Shown here: positions 19,056-29,856 of the stretch, in pieces
Layout of the letters: every line of letters starts with the position of its first letter
Position numbering within the stretch: the stretch's first letter is position 1
Origin: Candidatus Woesebacteria bacterium RIFCSPHIGHO2_02_FULL_42_20
GTDB taxonomy: Bacteria > Patescibacteriota > Microgenomatia > UBA8517
Length of the DNA: 64,000 bases
Assembly: GCA_001792535.1 (NCBI GenBank)
Contig: MGGS01000008.1
Coordinates: 11,016-75,015 of the forward strand
Direction of reading: 5' to 3'
Position numbers and translations under genes: made by a program
The notes under the pieces: model-generated
The model's input: the letters and a program-made list of their open reading frames with translations, nothing else
Database searches by the model: none
Told to the model about the DNA's origin: nothing

Positions 19056-19559
19056 TTATATTTTAGACTCCGGATCAACCCAAAGCATCCAGCCCTCTAC
19101 CCATTTCTTTCTGTGAAGATCAAGCGAATCATACCAGTGGTTTCTGAACTTCTTAATGTCCATTTTCCAAATACCGCGGCCTTCCGAAGGGTCTGCAAGG
19201 ACCACTTTTTTATTTTTTTTGTCTACATCAAGAAGTAGGGTATAATGCCCGTCTTCGTCGTCCAGGCCTTCCAGATCGTCCCACCAATTGACAATGATTA
19301 CTTTCCCTTCTTTAAGTCTTTTGGTTAGGTCGGCTATCGTGCCATTACTTTTGAAATTTAAGCTTTTGAAGTACTTTGACAGATATGCATAAATGGCTTG
19401 TTGAGTTACGCCCCACCAAGGCAAAAATACGTCTTTGGCTATTTTTGCCTGTGTTGCCCTTATGCCACCTGCGGCCAAGACCATTTGAATTACTGCCGGG
19501 CCGCACCAGTCGGACTTCTGCTGCCAGCGGAATATTTTTTGCCAATCAGTTTGTTTCAT
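19056..19559 (-). CDS. C39-like papain-fold cysteine peptidase
   Basis: QQKSDWCGPA, GHYTLL, LADPS (Q/C/H/D). Confidence 0.82.
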   Translation of the reverse strand: MKQTDWQKIFRWQQKSDWCGPAVIQMVLAAGGIRATQAKIAKDVFLPWWGVTQQAIYAYLSKYFKSLNFKSNGTIADLTKRLKEGKVIIVNWWDDLEGLDDEDGHYTLLLDVDKKNKKVVLADPSEGRGIWKMDIKKFRNHWYDSLDLHRKKWVEGWMLWVDPESKI

Positions 19560-19562
19560 ATG

Positions 19563-19635
19563 TCGGAGTGCCCGGATTCGAACCGGGGACCTCTCGCACC
19601 CGAAGCGAGCGCTCTACCAACTGAGCCACACTCCG
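19563..19635 (-). tRNA. tRNA-Pro(CGG), CCA not encoded
   Basis: CGGAGTGTGGCTCAGTTGGTAGAGCG-CTCGC TTCGGGT GCGAG-AGGTCCCCGGTTCGAATCCGGGCACTCCGA. Confidence 0.95.
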
Positions 19636-20442
19636 CAGACAAAGTATTTTAGCACTAATTGAAGTATGGTGGAGTTAATAATATCACATACCGCACTTTT
19701 TTCTTTTCATAGGCCGCTTTAGGGGAGCAAATCTCTTGGGTTTGGGGATTGAGGGTTATGGGCTTCCTCGGGCTCGGGTGGTTGTAGATTGTCTACTCCT
19801 ATACCGGTCCAGTATCTTTGCAAGAACTGGTTTGTTTCAATTGGGTGCCTGCCCATTAGTTCTGGTGTTCCTGGCATACTTTTCCCTGCAGTATTATACA
19901 ACGCGGGGTCAACCTAAAGGTTATTTTGGTGAATTTTCGATAAGTTTTGCCAGTACCCCTGTGTAGCCATTGCGGCCTTTGCCCCACGTCGCCTCGCTGA
20001 AGACAGCAACTTCTAAATATAATAGATCGTCGCCTATATCCCAGGGAGACCCCATAACAATTGCTGTTAATTTGCCTTTATCGGTAAAAACCCCCGAACC
20101 GGCAAAATTATAGGGTTCCTGGGTGGCGACGAATTCTTCTGCTTTTTTAGGAAATCAGGCTATATACACTCCCTGTGGAATTTGTTTATACCCGAACCAA
20201 TGATCAGTCTTGTCCGTGTCTATTTGCAGCTGGCTTGTTGTCAGAAAGTCTCCACCCATGCGTGTTGCCGCCTAAAAAGATGCCGCCCATGATGGCTACT
20301 ATTGAGGCACCCAGAGTCGTGAAAATGTTATCCATTGCCACGCCTACGATGGCATCGCCAATGCGGCCCTTAGGGTTGACATAGAGTGTCTCGAACTATT
20401 CTTTATTTAATCGGCGGCTCTCGGCGAATTTGAATTTTCCTT

Positions 20443-20482
20443 TGCGGCGCTCGCATCGGGCGGCGGCGTTGCGAGCGCCGCA
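20443..20482. repeat. GC-rich 13-bp inverted repeat downstream of tRNA-Arg
   Basis: TGCGGCGCTCGCA-N14-TGCGAGCGCCGCA. Confidence 0.75.
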
Positions 20483-20507
20483 CCCAATGATTTTGCCATT
20501 TCCCAAA

Positions 20508-20582
20508 TGGTGCCTCCAGAGGGAGTCGAACCCCCATCTCACCCTTAGGACGGGCTTGCTCTATCCATTGAGCTATGAAGGC
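20508..20582 (-). tRNA. tRNA-Arg(CCT) with encoded CCA
   Basis: GCCTTCATAGCTCAATGGATAGAGCAA-GCCC GTCCTAA GGGT-GAGATGGGGGTTCGACTCCCTCTGGAGGCACCA. Confidence 0.93.
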
Positions 20583-20610
20583 GTTTCATACAGGAAACCA
20601 TTCTATTCTA

Positions 20611-21777
20611 CTACTTAAGATTCAAAGTATAAAGATTTGGGGCTGTGTCTGTTGCGCCGAGGCTTGTGAGAATCAGAAGTTTAGATGTATTGGAAAATGG
20701 GTATGCGTGGGGCGCGACGTACTGGCCGGAGTAAACAGATTGCCTGTTTGTCCCGTCGTAGTCCGTAATATAAACTTTGTTTGGCTCGGGTATGACCACG
20801 TGACTTGAGGTCGGGAACCAAAAAACGGGTTGGGTAGCCTTAGCTATTTCGAAATTCCGATCTTCTTTGATATCGAAAATATACTTATTACCTATTTTGA
20901 TATCTCTGGTTTGTTTTTGGGTAGAGGAGCCGGGAAGGGGAGGAATTATGCCTTCCGGTAAGCTGTTTTCGCTGACGGCCGTGTAGAGAATCTTATTTTC
21001 ATCCGGAGAAAATGTAATGTTTTGTGTTGCAGATTCGAATACCTGTCTGATTTCGTCCGGCAGTTTGTTCAGTTTAGCTTTAGTTTTTAGAGTCTCGCGT
21101 TGCTGCCAGTCCGCAAGTATTTCTTTTTTTTGCGATGATACATTCACGCGCTGGGCTTGGGGGGTAAATTTGCCCGAGTCGAGCAAAAAAGCACCGGTTT
21201 TTGTGGTAAGCAGTATTTCTCTGCCGTCCGGAGACCAAAGCCAGCTGGATTCGCTCGCGTCACCATCTGTTACTTGCGCCGGTTCGCGGCTAAATCCAAA
21301 CGGAAAAGCGGAAATGTCGGTGACCCATAATCCGCCCGACTCCAAATTTTGCGGATCCACCGATACTGCGTAGGCAACCTTCGTCAGGTCAGTTGAAGCA
21401 ATCGGATTGGATGCACCAGAAAAAGTTATCGCCGAAAGTGAGGCCGCTTGCGGAAAAAGGCTGACTTCAATCTGTGTTACTTCCTCTTTTTTAATTGTCA
21501 GTCTTTTGTTCCAAGTGATTAGACCGTCTTTTTTGATGGTTACGTCATAGGTCCCCGGCGGAAGGGGTATGTTTGCATTAGTGGCTGTTTTGAGGTCACC
21601 GTCGATAAGTATGGCCGCTCCGTTTGGGTCCGAGTTTGCAACCAATATACCGCGCGGCTCAATCGCGGTTGTTTTGGGATTAAATCTGTAGCCACGCGCA
21701 TAGAGCGAAGCCAGTGTGCCTACAGTTCCCACAATAAGAATTGTCAAAACAAAAACGATAACGCGCACTTTGGTCAT
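20611..21777 (-). CDS. PEGA-domain membrane-anchored protein with TolB-like repeats
   Basis: YARGYRF, NSDPNGAAILIDG..LPPGTYDVTIKKDG; WSPDG and FSPDE repeats. Confidence 0.85.
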   Translation of the reverse strand: MTKVRVIVFVLTILIVGTVGTLASLYARGYRFNPKTTAIEPRGILVANSDPNGAAILIDGDLKTATNANIPLPPGTYDVTIKKDGLITWNKRLTIKKEEVTQIEVSLFPQAASLSAITFSGASNPIASTDLTKVAYAVSVDPQNLESGGLWVTDISAFPFGFSREPAQVTDGDASESSWLWSPDGREILLTTKTGAFLLDSGKFTPQAQRVNVSSQKKEILADWQQRETLKTKAKLNKLPDEIRQVFESATQNITFSPDENKILYTAVSENSLPEGIIPPLPGSSTQKQTRDIKIGNKYIFDIKEDRNFEIAKATQPVFWFPTSSHVVIPEPNKVYITDYDGTNRQSVYSGQYVAPHAYPFSNTSKLLILTSLGATDTAPNLYTLNLK

Positions 21778-21851
21778 TTGCCTATTATACCAAAGCCGTG
21801 TTGCTTTCTCTCTTGTTTGGCAAGTTGTAACTAAATATAATAGCTACATAA

Positions 21852-22856
21852 ATGCTTCGAAAACGAATCGCAATCGATCTTGGTACTGCCAATACATTGG
21901 TATGGGTGCAAGGGGAAGGTGTTGTTACCAATGAGCCCACAGTTGTCGCAATTTCGACAGACGATAACAAAGTCGTTGCTGTCGGCGAGGAGGCTAAAAG
22001 AATGCTCGGGCGCACTCCTGAGGCATTGCTCGCCAGTTGCCCAATGAGAGACGGTGTAATTGCGGATTACCAGGTGACCAAAGCCCTGCTTGCTTATTTT
22101 ATCGGTAAGGTTGTCGGTAAAGTTTATTTTTTAAGGCCCGATGTGATGATTTGTGTGCCGGCGGGGTGCACTCAAGTCGAGCGTAGAGCGGCGCTGGACG
22201 CAACATTGGCCGCGGGGGCAGCGCATGCATACTTGATAGAAGAACCGTTGGCGGCGGCAATCGGAGCCGGGATTCCGGTTTCTGCGCCGTCGGGTCACAT
22301 GATTTTGGATATCGGTGGGGGCGCCGCCGAGGCGGCTGTAATTTCTCTTGGTGGCGTTGTCACACATAAAAGCATTCGTGTGGCGGGTAACAAGATCGAC
22401 GAAGCAATCCAGTCGTACTTAAAGAAGAAGCATAATATCATAGTTGGTGACCAGACGTCCGAAGAGATTAAAATAAAGCTGGCTTCAGCTGTGGAACTTG
22501 CCAAGGAAGAGAAAATGGAAATTTCGGGTCGCGACTTGGTGTTTGGTCTTCCGCGCTCAATTCCAGTATCGTCTACAGATATTACCGAAGCGATATCGGG
22601 GATATTATCTCAAATCGTCGGGACAGTGAAAGCTGTTTTGGAAGATACACCGCCGGAACTTGCCGCGGACATTATCGATAAGGGCATTACAATGAGCGGC
22701 GGAACGAGTATGCTTCGGAATTTTGACAAATTGATGACGGAGGAAACAGGTGTCCCGTGCCAAGTTGCCGAGGATGCCCTGTATTGTGTAGTAAAAGGTA
22801 CGGGTGTTGTGATGGAAAACCTTGATCTTTGGAAGCGAAGTGTAACAACTAAATAG
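21852..22856 (+). CDS. mreB: Rod shape-determining protein MreB/Mbl
   Basis: IAIDLGTANT, EPTVVA, EEPLAAAIGAG, DIGGG, TPPELAADI. Confidence 0.96.
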   Translation: MLRKRIAIDLGTANTLVWVQGEGVVTNEPTVVAISTDDNKVVAVGEEAKRMLGRTPEALLASCPMRDGVIADYQVTKALLAYFIGKVVGKVYFLRPDVMICVPAGCTQVERRAALDATLAAGAAHAYLIEEPLAAAIGAGIPVSAPSGHMILDIGGGAAEAAVISLGGVVTHKSIRVAGNKIDEAIQSYLKKKHNIIVGDQTSEEIKIKLASAVELAKEEKMEISGRDLVFGLPRSIPVSSTDITEAISGILSQIVGTVKAVLEDTPPELAADIIDKGITMSGGTSMLRNFDKLMTEETGVPCQVAEDALYCVVKGTGVVMENLDLWKRSVTTK

Positions 22857-23188
22857 CCAGTTGTTAGTTAGTTCACCGCATATAGTAGTTTTGCTCTTTT
22901 TAAAATATTTTGTGGATGGTTTGAGGATAATAGGCGTGCAGCGAGCTTAATATTTTGAAAAAAAATTGTGAACAAATATGTTAGTTAATAATTTTCAGAA
23001 AAATATTTACACCTCCTATAGTTATAGGGTTTGTTTTGGTGAATACTAATTGGATGTCAGAGTTACTATAAGATAATGTTTAAAGGTAGAAAACATACTT
23101 GGCTAACAAGCAATTTAAGCGTAGTAGTAAAACGGTGTCAATGATTTGACCTTGGCATCTTTACGGTTAAAAGTATTAAGTACTAAAA

Positions 23189-24031
23189 ATGCCTGAAACC
23201 TGGAAAGTTCTTAATGTTCGAGTCGATGGCACTCAAAGACAGGAAGTGCTAGATCAAATTCAAGAAAAATTGACTCAAGGCGGAAAGTTTTATATTACTA
23301 CGCCCAACCCGGAGATCGTTTTAAAGGCTTCAAAAGACAGAAAGTTAAAAGACATTATAGGACAGTCTTTAATTGCAATTCCTGACGGGGTGGGCCTGCC
23401 GATAGCTTCAAAGTTTTTAAATATGCAAAAATTTCGCAGCAAAACAATTAGAAAGTTAGTCTATCCCTGCCAACTTTTGCTTTGTGCCGTCATTGGCAGA
23501 GATGGTGTTGTAAGGGGGAGGGAACTAATGCTGGATCTTTTTGACGTAGCGAACAAGGGAAAAAAGAAAGTTTATTTGTTGGGGGCGACGAAAGGGGTGA
23601 ATGCGAAAGCGCTTGACAAATTTGAAAGTGAATATCCGGGCGCAAAAGTTAGGGGTTCGTCCGGGCCGATTATCACTGATATTGCAAAACCACTTGGTAG
23701 ACTTCAGGAGAAAATAAACCGAGATGCTATAAATCAGATAAATAAATTTAGGCCGGATATTCTGATTGTTGCTTTTGGCTGTCCGAAACAGGAGAAGTGG
23801 ATAGCCAAGTGGTTGTCACGTCTTAATGTCAAATGTGCAATGACAGTGGGCGGAGCATTGGATTATTATGCCGGCGTTGCCAAACTACCTCCCAAAGTGT
23901 TATCGAGATTGGGGCTGGAGTGGTTCTGGAGATTGGCCCGCGAACCAAAAAAGAGAATAAAAAGGGTGGTAAACGCAATTTTTATATTTCCATGGACGGT
24001 GTTTAAATTTAAGCTTCAGACTCAGGTTTGA
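23189..24031 (+). CDS. WecB/TagA/CpsF family glycosyltransferase
   Basis: TTPNPEIV, IPDGVG, PDILIVAFGCPKQEKW, GLEWFWRL. Confidence 0.92.
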   Translation: MPETWKVLNVRVDGTQRQEVLDQIQEKLTQGGKFYITTPNPEIVLKASKDRKLKDIIGQSLIAIPDGVGLPIASKFLNMQKFRSKTIRKLVYPCQLLLCAVIGRDGVVRGRELMLDLFDVANKGKKKVYLLGATKGVNAKALDKFESEYPGAKVRGSSGPIITDIAKPLGRLQEKINRDAINQINKFRPDILIVAFGCPKQEKWIAKWLSRLNVKCAMTVGGALDYYAGVAKLPPKVLSRLGLEWFWRLAREPKKRIKRVVNAIFIFPWTVFKFKLQTQV

Positions 24032-24044
24032 TAAAATACTTATT

Positions 24045-24896
24045 ATGACAATAGAAGTTCATGGGGATTTTCGAAGACTTTTGAACTCTGGCATTGCTGC
24101 TATGAATGGAGGCCATTCGCCGATAGGAGAGTTTGTCGCTGATCCTCCCGACCCCCATACAAAACTATACTCACCCCCCGCTGATGTTCTGGTCCAGAGA
24201 ATGGAAAGTAGTATCGAAGCCGGATTACACAATCTTGATTTGGGAGACAGAAAAAATTGGTTGTATTTTTCTTGGACGAATAAACCTGTGAAAGTCAGAT
24301 ACTTACTTGAAATTGCTATTCCTTTTTCGGATGATTTACGAGATCGGGGTGTTCGGCCAAGACTGGAACTCTATCCGGTTAGCGAGGCTGGCGAATATGT
24401 AAATAGAGTGATCGAAGAGAGTAGAAGGATTAATCGGCCATTAGGTGTGGATGAACAGTTTGGAATTGCTTTGGATTTGGCGGGTGGTTATCCCGTCGCG
24501 GCCTCAGTTGTCGCAATGTTGGGGTCACGGGCTGTCAGCAGGCGGAAGGATGATGGTTTAGGTGAAGAACTTCGGTTTCCCCTGGACACTGTGCTTGCAT
24601 GGAATAACAGTGTTTGCAGGTTCGATACCCGTAATGAGGATCCCGATCCGGGTAATTTATATCACTATTTTTCTGCTCAGGCTGTGGGTATGGCAGCCGT
24701 TGCAAGGGGGCATTTATCCTCGGCTATTGGATCACTTCTTATCAAAAACGGCGCTTTTATAACCAGAGTTGGCCGTGGTATTGTTTCCGGAAAACCGCAC
24801 GGAAGATACCACGACGGGGTAAATAAATTAGGATTTGAAGTAGGATATAGAGTGGTTGAAGAATGCCTTAATCGTAAAAAAGATCTCAGGTTGTAA
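24045..24896 (+). CDS. Hypothetical protein
   Basis: 283-aa ORF with TGnTAAAAT 7 nt before ATG; no motif recognised. Confidence 0.65.
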   Translation: MTIEVHGDFRRLLNSGIAAMNGGHSPIGEFVADPPDPHTKLYSPPADVLVQRMESSIEAGLHNLDLGDRKNWLYFSWTNKPVKVRYLLEIAIPFSDDLRDRGVRPRLELYPVSEAGEYVNRVIEESRRINRPLGVDEQFGIALDLAGGYPVAASVVAMLGSRAVSRRKDDGLGEELRFPLDTVLAWNNSVCRFDTRNEDPDPGNLYHYFSAQAVGMAAVARGHLSSAIGSLLIKNGAFITRVGRGIVSGKPHGRYHDGVNKLGFEVGYRVVEECLNRKKDLRL

Positions 24897-24918
24897 GTGT
24901 AAGAAGAGATGAGTTTAT

Positions 24919-25149
24919 ATGCCAGAAAGGAATATTAGAGGAGGGTTACAACCGGATGGGGAAACTTATGTAATGCGAATCTCAAGAATGACTCCGGATC
25001 CAAAAACTAAAGATATGGCTTGGCGGCCTCCCGATCCCGGTGATGTGATCGGAAGAGGCTTTAAAGTAGACGAAGTGATTTGGACAAGGGAATTTAAAAG
25101 AAGAGGAAAAACAGAAAGATATTTTGCTGCGAGAGTAAAACCTACTTAG
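24919..25149 (+). CDS. Small hypothetical protein
   Basis: 76-aa ORF in line with upstream genes. Confidence 0.5.
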   Translation: MPERNIRGGLQPDGETYVMRISRMTPDPKTKDMAWRPPDPGDVIGRGFKVDEVIWTREFKRRGKTERYFAARVKPT

Positions 25150-25369
25150 GAAAAATCCAGCTGGCGAGGTCTTGAGCGCCTGCAACATTTATACCAGCTT
25201 TTCTTGCTTTTTGGGTTGCCTGAGAAAGTAGATTCCCAACAGTCGATATGCTGATGTCACAAGCTTCGGCGATTGCTTGATATGAATTTCCTCTAGCCAA
25301 AAGAAAGAGACATTCTTCTGTCCGATCGCCCACAGTAAACTTTCTGCCACCAATTTCATGTTCTGGCAT
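25142..25369 (-). CDS. Small LuxR-type HTH protein
   Basis: CLFLLARGNSYQAIAEACDISISTVGNLLS. Confidence 0.65.
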   Translation of the reverse strand: MPEHEIGGRKFTVGDRTEECLFLLARGNSYQAIAEACDISISTVGNLLSQATQKARKAGINVAGAQDLASWIFPK

Positions 25370-25424
25370 GGTTAGTTTATTTGGAAAAGAATTTTACCAT
25401 AAAATTTGTTAAAATGCTCTCACT

Positions 25425-26462
25425 GTGAAGAAAGAGGATGATAACATCCAAAATCGTAAGAAAGACCATTTAAGAATTGCGACGAGTGATATTTCGCAAA
25501 CCGGCAATCCGGGGTTTGACAAGTACCGCTTTATTCATAACGCACTGCCCGAAATAGATTTTGACTCTATTGATACTTCGACAACTTTTCTGGGTAAGAA
25601 AGTAAACTATCCGTTTTTTATTTCCTGCATGACAGGCGGAGTTAGCCAAGGTAAGCGTATTAATCGTAACTTGGCCGCTGCGGCTCAGACATGGGGTATT
25701 GCCATGGGAGTCGGGAGTCAGCGCGCGGCTATCGAGCACCCTGAATTGGCTGGCCTTTTTACGGCTCGCGAAGTAGCGCCGGACATCCCCTTGATTGCCA
25801 ATGTCGGCTTGGTCCAGCTTAATTATGGTTTCGGAGCAGCCGAATATCAAAAAATAATCGAAATGATAGACGCGGATGCTCTGAGCGTTCATATTAACCC
25901 CATTCAGGAAGTTATCCAGCCCGAAGGCGACCGTAACTGGGCCAATTTGCTGCCGAAATTAAAACAAGTTTTACCCAAATTGTCTAAGCCTGTTATCGCT
26001 AAAGAAGTGGGCTTTGGGCTCTCTAAAAGTGTTATAGAAAGATTATATAAAGTAGGGGTTAGATACTTTGATACTGCAGGCTGGGGAGGGACGAATTGGT
26101 CAGTAGTCGAAGGTATGCGCGGCAAGGCAGATCGCGAATTAGGCAAGCTTTTTGGCGAATGGGGAATACCAACCAGTGAGTCAATAAAGTCAGTGAAATC
26201 AGTAAGTCAATTATTCAGTGACTTAGTGACAATACTTGGTAGCGGAGGAGTAAGAACCGGAATTGATGTAGCAAAGTGTATTGCTTTGGGGTGTGATATG
26301 GTTGGTATCGCTCAACCCTTTGCCAAAGCAGCTTTAATATCGGCTGAGGAAGTGGAGAAGTTAATTGAAAGATTGGCTCTGGAACTAAAAATTGCAATGT
26401 TTGGGGTGGGGGCAAAAACAATTGGCGAGCTTCAAAAGATAAAGTTAGTGGCAGTTGATTAG
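25425..26462 (+). CDS. fni: Type 2 isopentenyl-diphosphate delta-isomerase (FMN)
   Basis: RKKDHL, HNALPE, SCMTGG, GVGSQRAA, HINPIQE..QPEGD, KEVGFG, SGGVRTG. Confidence 0.96.
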   Translation: MKKEDDNIQNRKKDHLRIATSDISQTGNPGFDKYRFIHNALPEIDFDSIDTSTTFLGKKVNYPFFISCMTGGVSQGKRINRNLAAAAQTWGIAMGVGSQRAAIEHPELAGLFTAREVAPDIPLIANVGLVQLNYGFGAAEYQKIIEMIDADALSVHINPIQEVIQPEGDRNWANLLPKLKQVLPKLSKPVIAKEVGFGLSKSVIERLYKVGVRYFDTAGWGGTNWSVVEGMRGKADRELGKLFGEWGIPTSESIKSVKSVSQLFSDLVTILGSGGVRTGIDVAKCIALGCDMVGIAQPFAKAALISAEEVEKLIERLALELKIAMFGVGAKTIGELQKIKLVAVD

Positions 26463-26507
26463 TGGGTTGTTGTATTTTAAAAATTAAAGTAGTAAATTAA
26501 CATTGAT

Positions 26508-27257
26508 GTGGTTAGCTACCGAGTAGTTAAAAAAGTTATTTTAGGTTCAATTATTACTTCCGCTGTAATAGTTCTTTTTACTTTCGTTTCCAAGCAAACT
26601 ACACTTTCAGGTAGGACAGAAATAATTAATTTGGACGACTCCGTGTTTTCTGAATACACAAGGGGCTATTATTTTACAAATTATGATTTAACCGCTCCCA
26701 AGTATAATCCACCAGAGCATCCTATTTGTGTCGACACTTTGGAAAACGCTGAGTCTATTTACAAGGAATATATAAAGAAATATGACAGTATTGTTAGAGA
26801 AAGACTTGTTTATAATACTAAAGAAACACAAAAGTACTTTGAATTTTCAGATCAAAGGAGTAGCACTCAGGACAACAGTTATATTCAGCCAATGCGTATG
26901 CACAGATGTGATTATTTCTATCCGGATGAATACGGGTTTTACGGTCAGGAAATCTCACTGGACGGAAATATTTCCTCTTCAAAACTCGGCACGTTCAATA
27001 AAAAGAGTTATTCTGAAAACGACGTTAAGGATTTACTTACCTATCTTTGGCTGGCTTACGGACCCGGACCAAGAAATACTGCAAAATTCATCTCTGGCGG
27101 AACAAAAATAGTGCTGGAAATGGAATATCAGGAGGACGTAATGGGAGATTGGGGACTTCCCAATACATTTTCACAAGTCCGCGTTTCATTTGTGTTTAAT
27201 CGTGCTGACAAAAGCATTGTTAAAAATTATCAGACCTTATCAAGCAGGACTTATTAA
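26508..27257 (+). CDS. Hypothetical membrane-anchored protein
   Basis: N-terminal TM; 249-aa ORF. Confidence 0.6.
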   Translation: MVSYRVVKKVILGSIITSAVIVLFTFVSKQTTLSGRTEIINLDDSVFSEYTRGYYFTNYDLTAPKYNPPEHPICVDTLENAESIYKEYIKKYDSIVRERLVYNTKETQKYFEFSDQRSSTQDNSYIQPMRMHRCDYFYPDEYGFYGQEISLDGNISSSKLGTFNKKSYSENDVKDLLTYLWLAYGPGPRNTAKFISGGTKIVLEMEYQEDVMGDWGLPNTFSQVRVSFVFNRADKSIVKNYQTLSSRTY

Positions 27258-27342
27258 ACCGAAAGAGAATTTATTTACCAGCTCACGCATCTAACTCCAA
27301 AGTACTATTGAGACAAATTTGACAATAGTTTTCTTAAACCAC

Positions 27343-27549
27343 CTAAAAATAAATGGATGGATTTCTTAAGGCAGGATCCCAGCGCCAGAAACATTTGTCG
27401 TAGCCGCCGCTTGACTCGTTAAATCTGCATTGTCTTAAAATAGAGCTGTTGTTTCCTAAGATGGGAAGTAACCCGATGAGGACAATTATTAGTAGAATAA
27501 GCGCTATCACTGCAACCGCGACCAAGCGTAGGTTTAGCTTTTTTTCCAT
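27343..27549 (-). CDS. Small membrane protein
   Basis: Single TM plus short domain with a Cys pair. Confidence 0.5.
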   Translation of the reverse strand: MEKKLNLRLVAVAVIALILLIIVLIGLLPILGNNSSILRQCRFNESSGGYDKCFWRWDPALRNPSIYF

Positions 27550-27949
27550 AGACTTATTTTAACTCTTGACATGCAGCCAAGTCCAGATAATGCTTTATTT
27601 AGGGTTAATTTATGTCAAAACCCAATTTGATTTCGCCTAAGCTTTCCCCCCGGCTTCTTATTTTGGCTTTGTTGACAGTTTTTGCGATAGCAATGCCAAT
27701 TCTAATTCGAAGCAGACTATTATTTTCTTCAAAAGCTGCGGTTATAAAAAATCCATCAATGGTAACGAATACCTAATTATTTTTGAATTAACTATCTCCA
27801 AGGGTCCAAAGATCGTCAACTCTTATTCCCTTCTCGTCAAAACCTTTTACCCGGAGTTCTAACTAAGTTTTTTCTACTTTAGCAACGGATAGAGAATTCC
27901 CCACTTTAGTGATACAATTACGAACTATATAATACGTCCACTTAAAACT

Positions 27950-28819
27950 ATGCCGCAAACCGAAAGACGTCAATTTACACATAGAGATGCTTTAAAACTC
28001 GTGGGAACTGCGACATTAGGTTTGATAGCAGGTAAGGTTTTAACGGAAGCCGCAGTACCAGTTATCAGAAGAATTGTAATTACCGAGTTCGAACCCGACA
28101 GCTGTGAAGGTTGTGCCACAGGAGGTAGCTATGAAGAATTAATGAGGGTTTACCCTGGTCTTAGAAATAAACCAGTAAGAATGCAGGAAATATCAACAGG
28201 ATATTCGCAATCGACGGTTTATAATGCAGCAGGAATGAAATTTAACCATCAACAAGCTATAGAGTTAATAGGTTTCTATGAACAACTCGCCATGTCAGGA
28301 ACCCGACTAGACTTAATTACCCCTTCTAAGGAAGCTGCACAATTGACTCTCGAACCTACAAAATTCAAACGGCATACCTTTTTTGTTGTAGAGAGAGCTG
28401 ATGCAATAAACACTCCTAGCGACTACGCTATAGGCCCAGGTGCTGGAGTTCACACATGGTTTAATATTGGCAATGGATCAACCCAAACGACAATTCCGAT
28501 TGACAGAGGCATGCCGGTTGATGACCCTTACGGCATGAAATATAGGACTGCAATTGAAAAAGCGAACGCGATGTTTGCAGTCGGGACTTGTGATGCGGTT
28601 ATAAATCCGTTTGATCCTAATCACGAAACGGATATTGTTTTATATGCATATTTATGCTCAATTATAGGAAGAAGAGTGATATATAGCGACGTAAAAACAC
28701 GTTTCGGAGTTGATACTTTTTTAACCCTAGACCGTTACATTCCAAAATCTGATCCAAATAGATGGGATCGCGTATTTCAAGGTCAGCCAGGCAGAGGTTA
28801 TGTATTTAGCGAAAAATAA
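27950..28819 (+). CDS. Hypothetical protein with Tat-like N-terminus
   Basis: RRQFTHRDALKLVG followed by a hydrophobic stretch. Confidence 0.65.
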   Translation: MPQTERRQFTHRDALKLVGTATLGLIAGKVLTEAAVPVIRRIVITEFEPDSCEGCATGGSYEELMRVYPGLRNKPVRMQEISTGYSQSTVYNAAGMKFNHQQAIELIGFYEQLAMSGTRLDLITPSKEAAQLTLEPTKFKRHTFFVVERADAINTPSDYAIGPGAGVHTWFNIGNGSTQTTIPIDRGMPVDDPYGMKYRTAIEKANAMFAVGTCDAVINPFDPNHETDIVLYAYLCSIIGRRVIYSDVKTRFGVDTFLTLDRYIPKSDPNRWDRVFQGQPGRGYVFSEK

Positions 28820-29006
28820 TCTTCTTCAACCCGTACACCTTCCGGGTGTCCTAACTCCACGAGTCTTATCATGATGTTTTTTTGCACGACTGTGAGTTTT
28901 TCATCAATATCAAAGTTCTATCTTCTCCTGAACCACAATCCGCTAGTCAAAGTCCCGGGTTAGTTTGTATATCAAGATTAAAGAGCTTATACTTGCCTAT
29001 AATAAT

Positions 29007-29744
29007 ATGGTCGACAAATTACCTGAGTCGCCAATGAGTAGAAGACGTTTTGGCATACTGGCTGCGGTGACAGCTGTCGGATTCCTGCCTAGAATAGAAG
29101 TTCCAACACAAGAGTTGCCCCCAATGAGACTGGTAGATGGAATTTACACTTATGCGACTGAAGCCGACCCTATTTCCTCAGATAATGACTACGCAGCTTT
29201 TGTGGCTCACCTTAATCAGGAATTTAAAGCGGGAAGATCTCCGGAAACCGGCGCACCCGCCGAGATGAGGCAAGGTCCATATTATGGCACATTAATTCTT
29301 TATGCAAGAGATGCGGTCGGAATTCAAGAAGGAACGGGAATGACACCTCAGGCATTTTATGCAAACGAGATAAAAGAATTTAATTTAAAATTAGCGCCCG
29401 AATTTCCTTTCGTAATAAGAAGAGCCGTCTGGCTGGATCCGAGTGTCTGGGTCGAAAGGTCTGTTCACACAGGTTATTTATCGGGAGCGCCAGTTTTAGC
29501 CGACAGCGACGGACTCGACGGGGCCTGGTACTCTAAGGTCGGATATTACCCACCCGGCTCATCCTATTACATAAAGCCCGTTGATTGGGGGGACGGACAC
29601 GAAAAAGAACATGTTTGGACACACCTACCTGATAGATTTGCCGTCGGATTTTGGATACCAAGCCCGCAAAATCTAGCTTTGTATTTGCAAAGAGCAGTCT
29701 TGGAACCTTTGGGTAAAATTCCGCCCTGGGTCACACGAGGTTAG
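29007..29744 (+). CDS. Hypothetical protein with Tat-like N-terminus, possibly truncated
   Basis: MSRRRFGILAAVTAVG; late HEKEH motif. Confidence 0.6.
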   Translation: MVDKLPESPMSRRRFGILAAVTAVGFLPRIEVPTQELPPMRLVDGIYTYATEADPISSDNDYAAFVAHLNQEFKAGRSPETGAPAEMRQGPYYGTLILYARDAVGIQEGTGMTPQAFYANEIKEFNLKLAPEFPFVIRRAVWLDPSVWVERSVHTGYLSGAPVLADSDGLDGAWYSKVGYYPPGSSYYIKPVDWGDGHEKEHVWTHLPDRFAVGFWIPSPQNLALYLQRAVLEPLGKIPPWVTRG

Positions 29745-29856
29745 AATTTTCAAAGTTGCAAAATTTTGGTAAAATCTGAAGCTAGAAACGTTCGACTCAA
29801 GCTTGGGTAATGAGGAACCTAAGGTTTTTATTTGCACAATAAGGAATAAACTTTAA

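Noticed and set aside
22857-23188. AT-rich intergenic gap as oriC or ncRNA
   Set aside because: No clustered TTATCCACA DnaA boxes or convincing stems were seen
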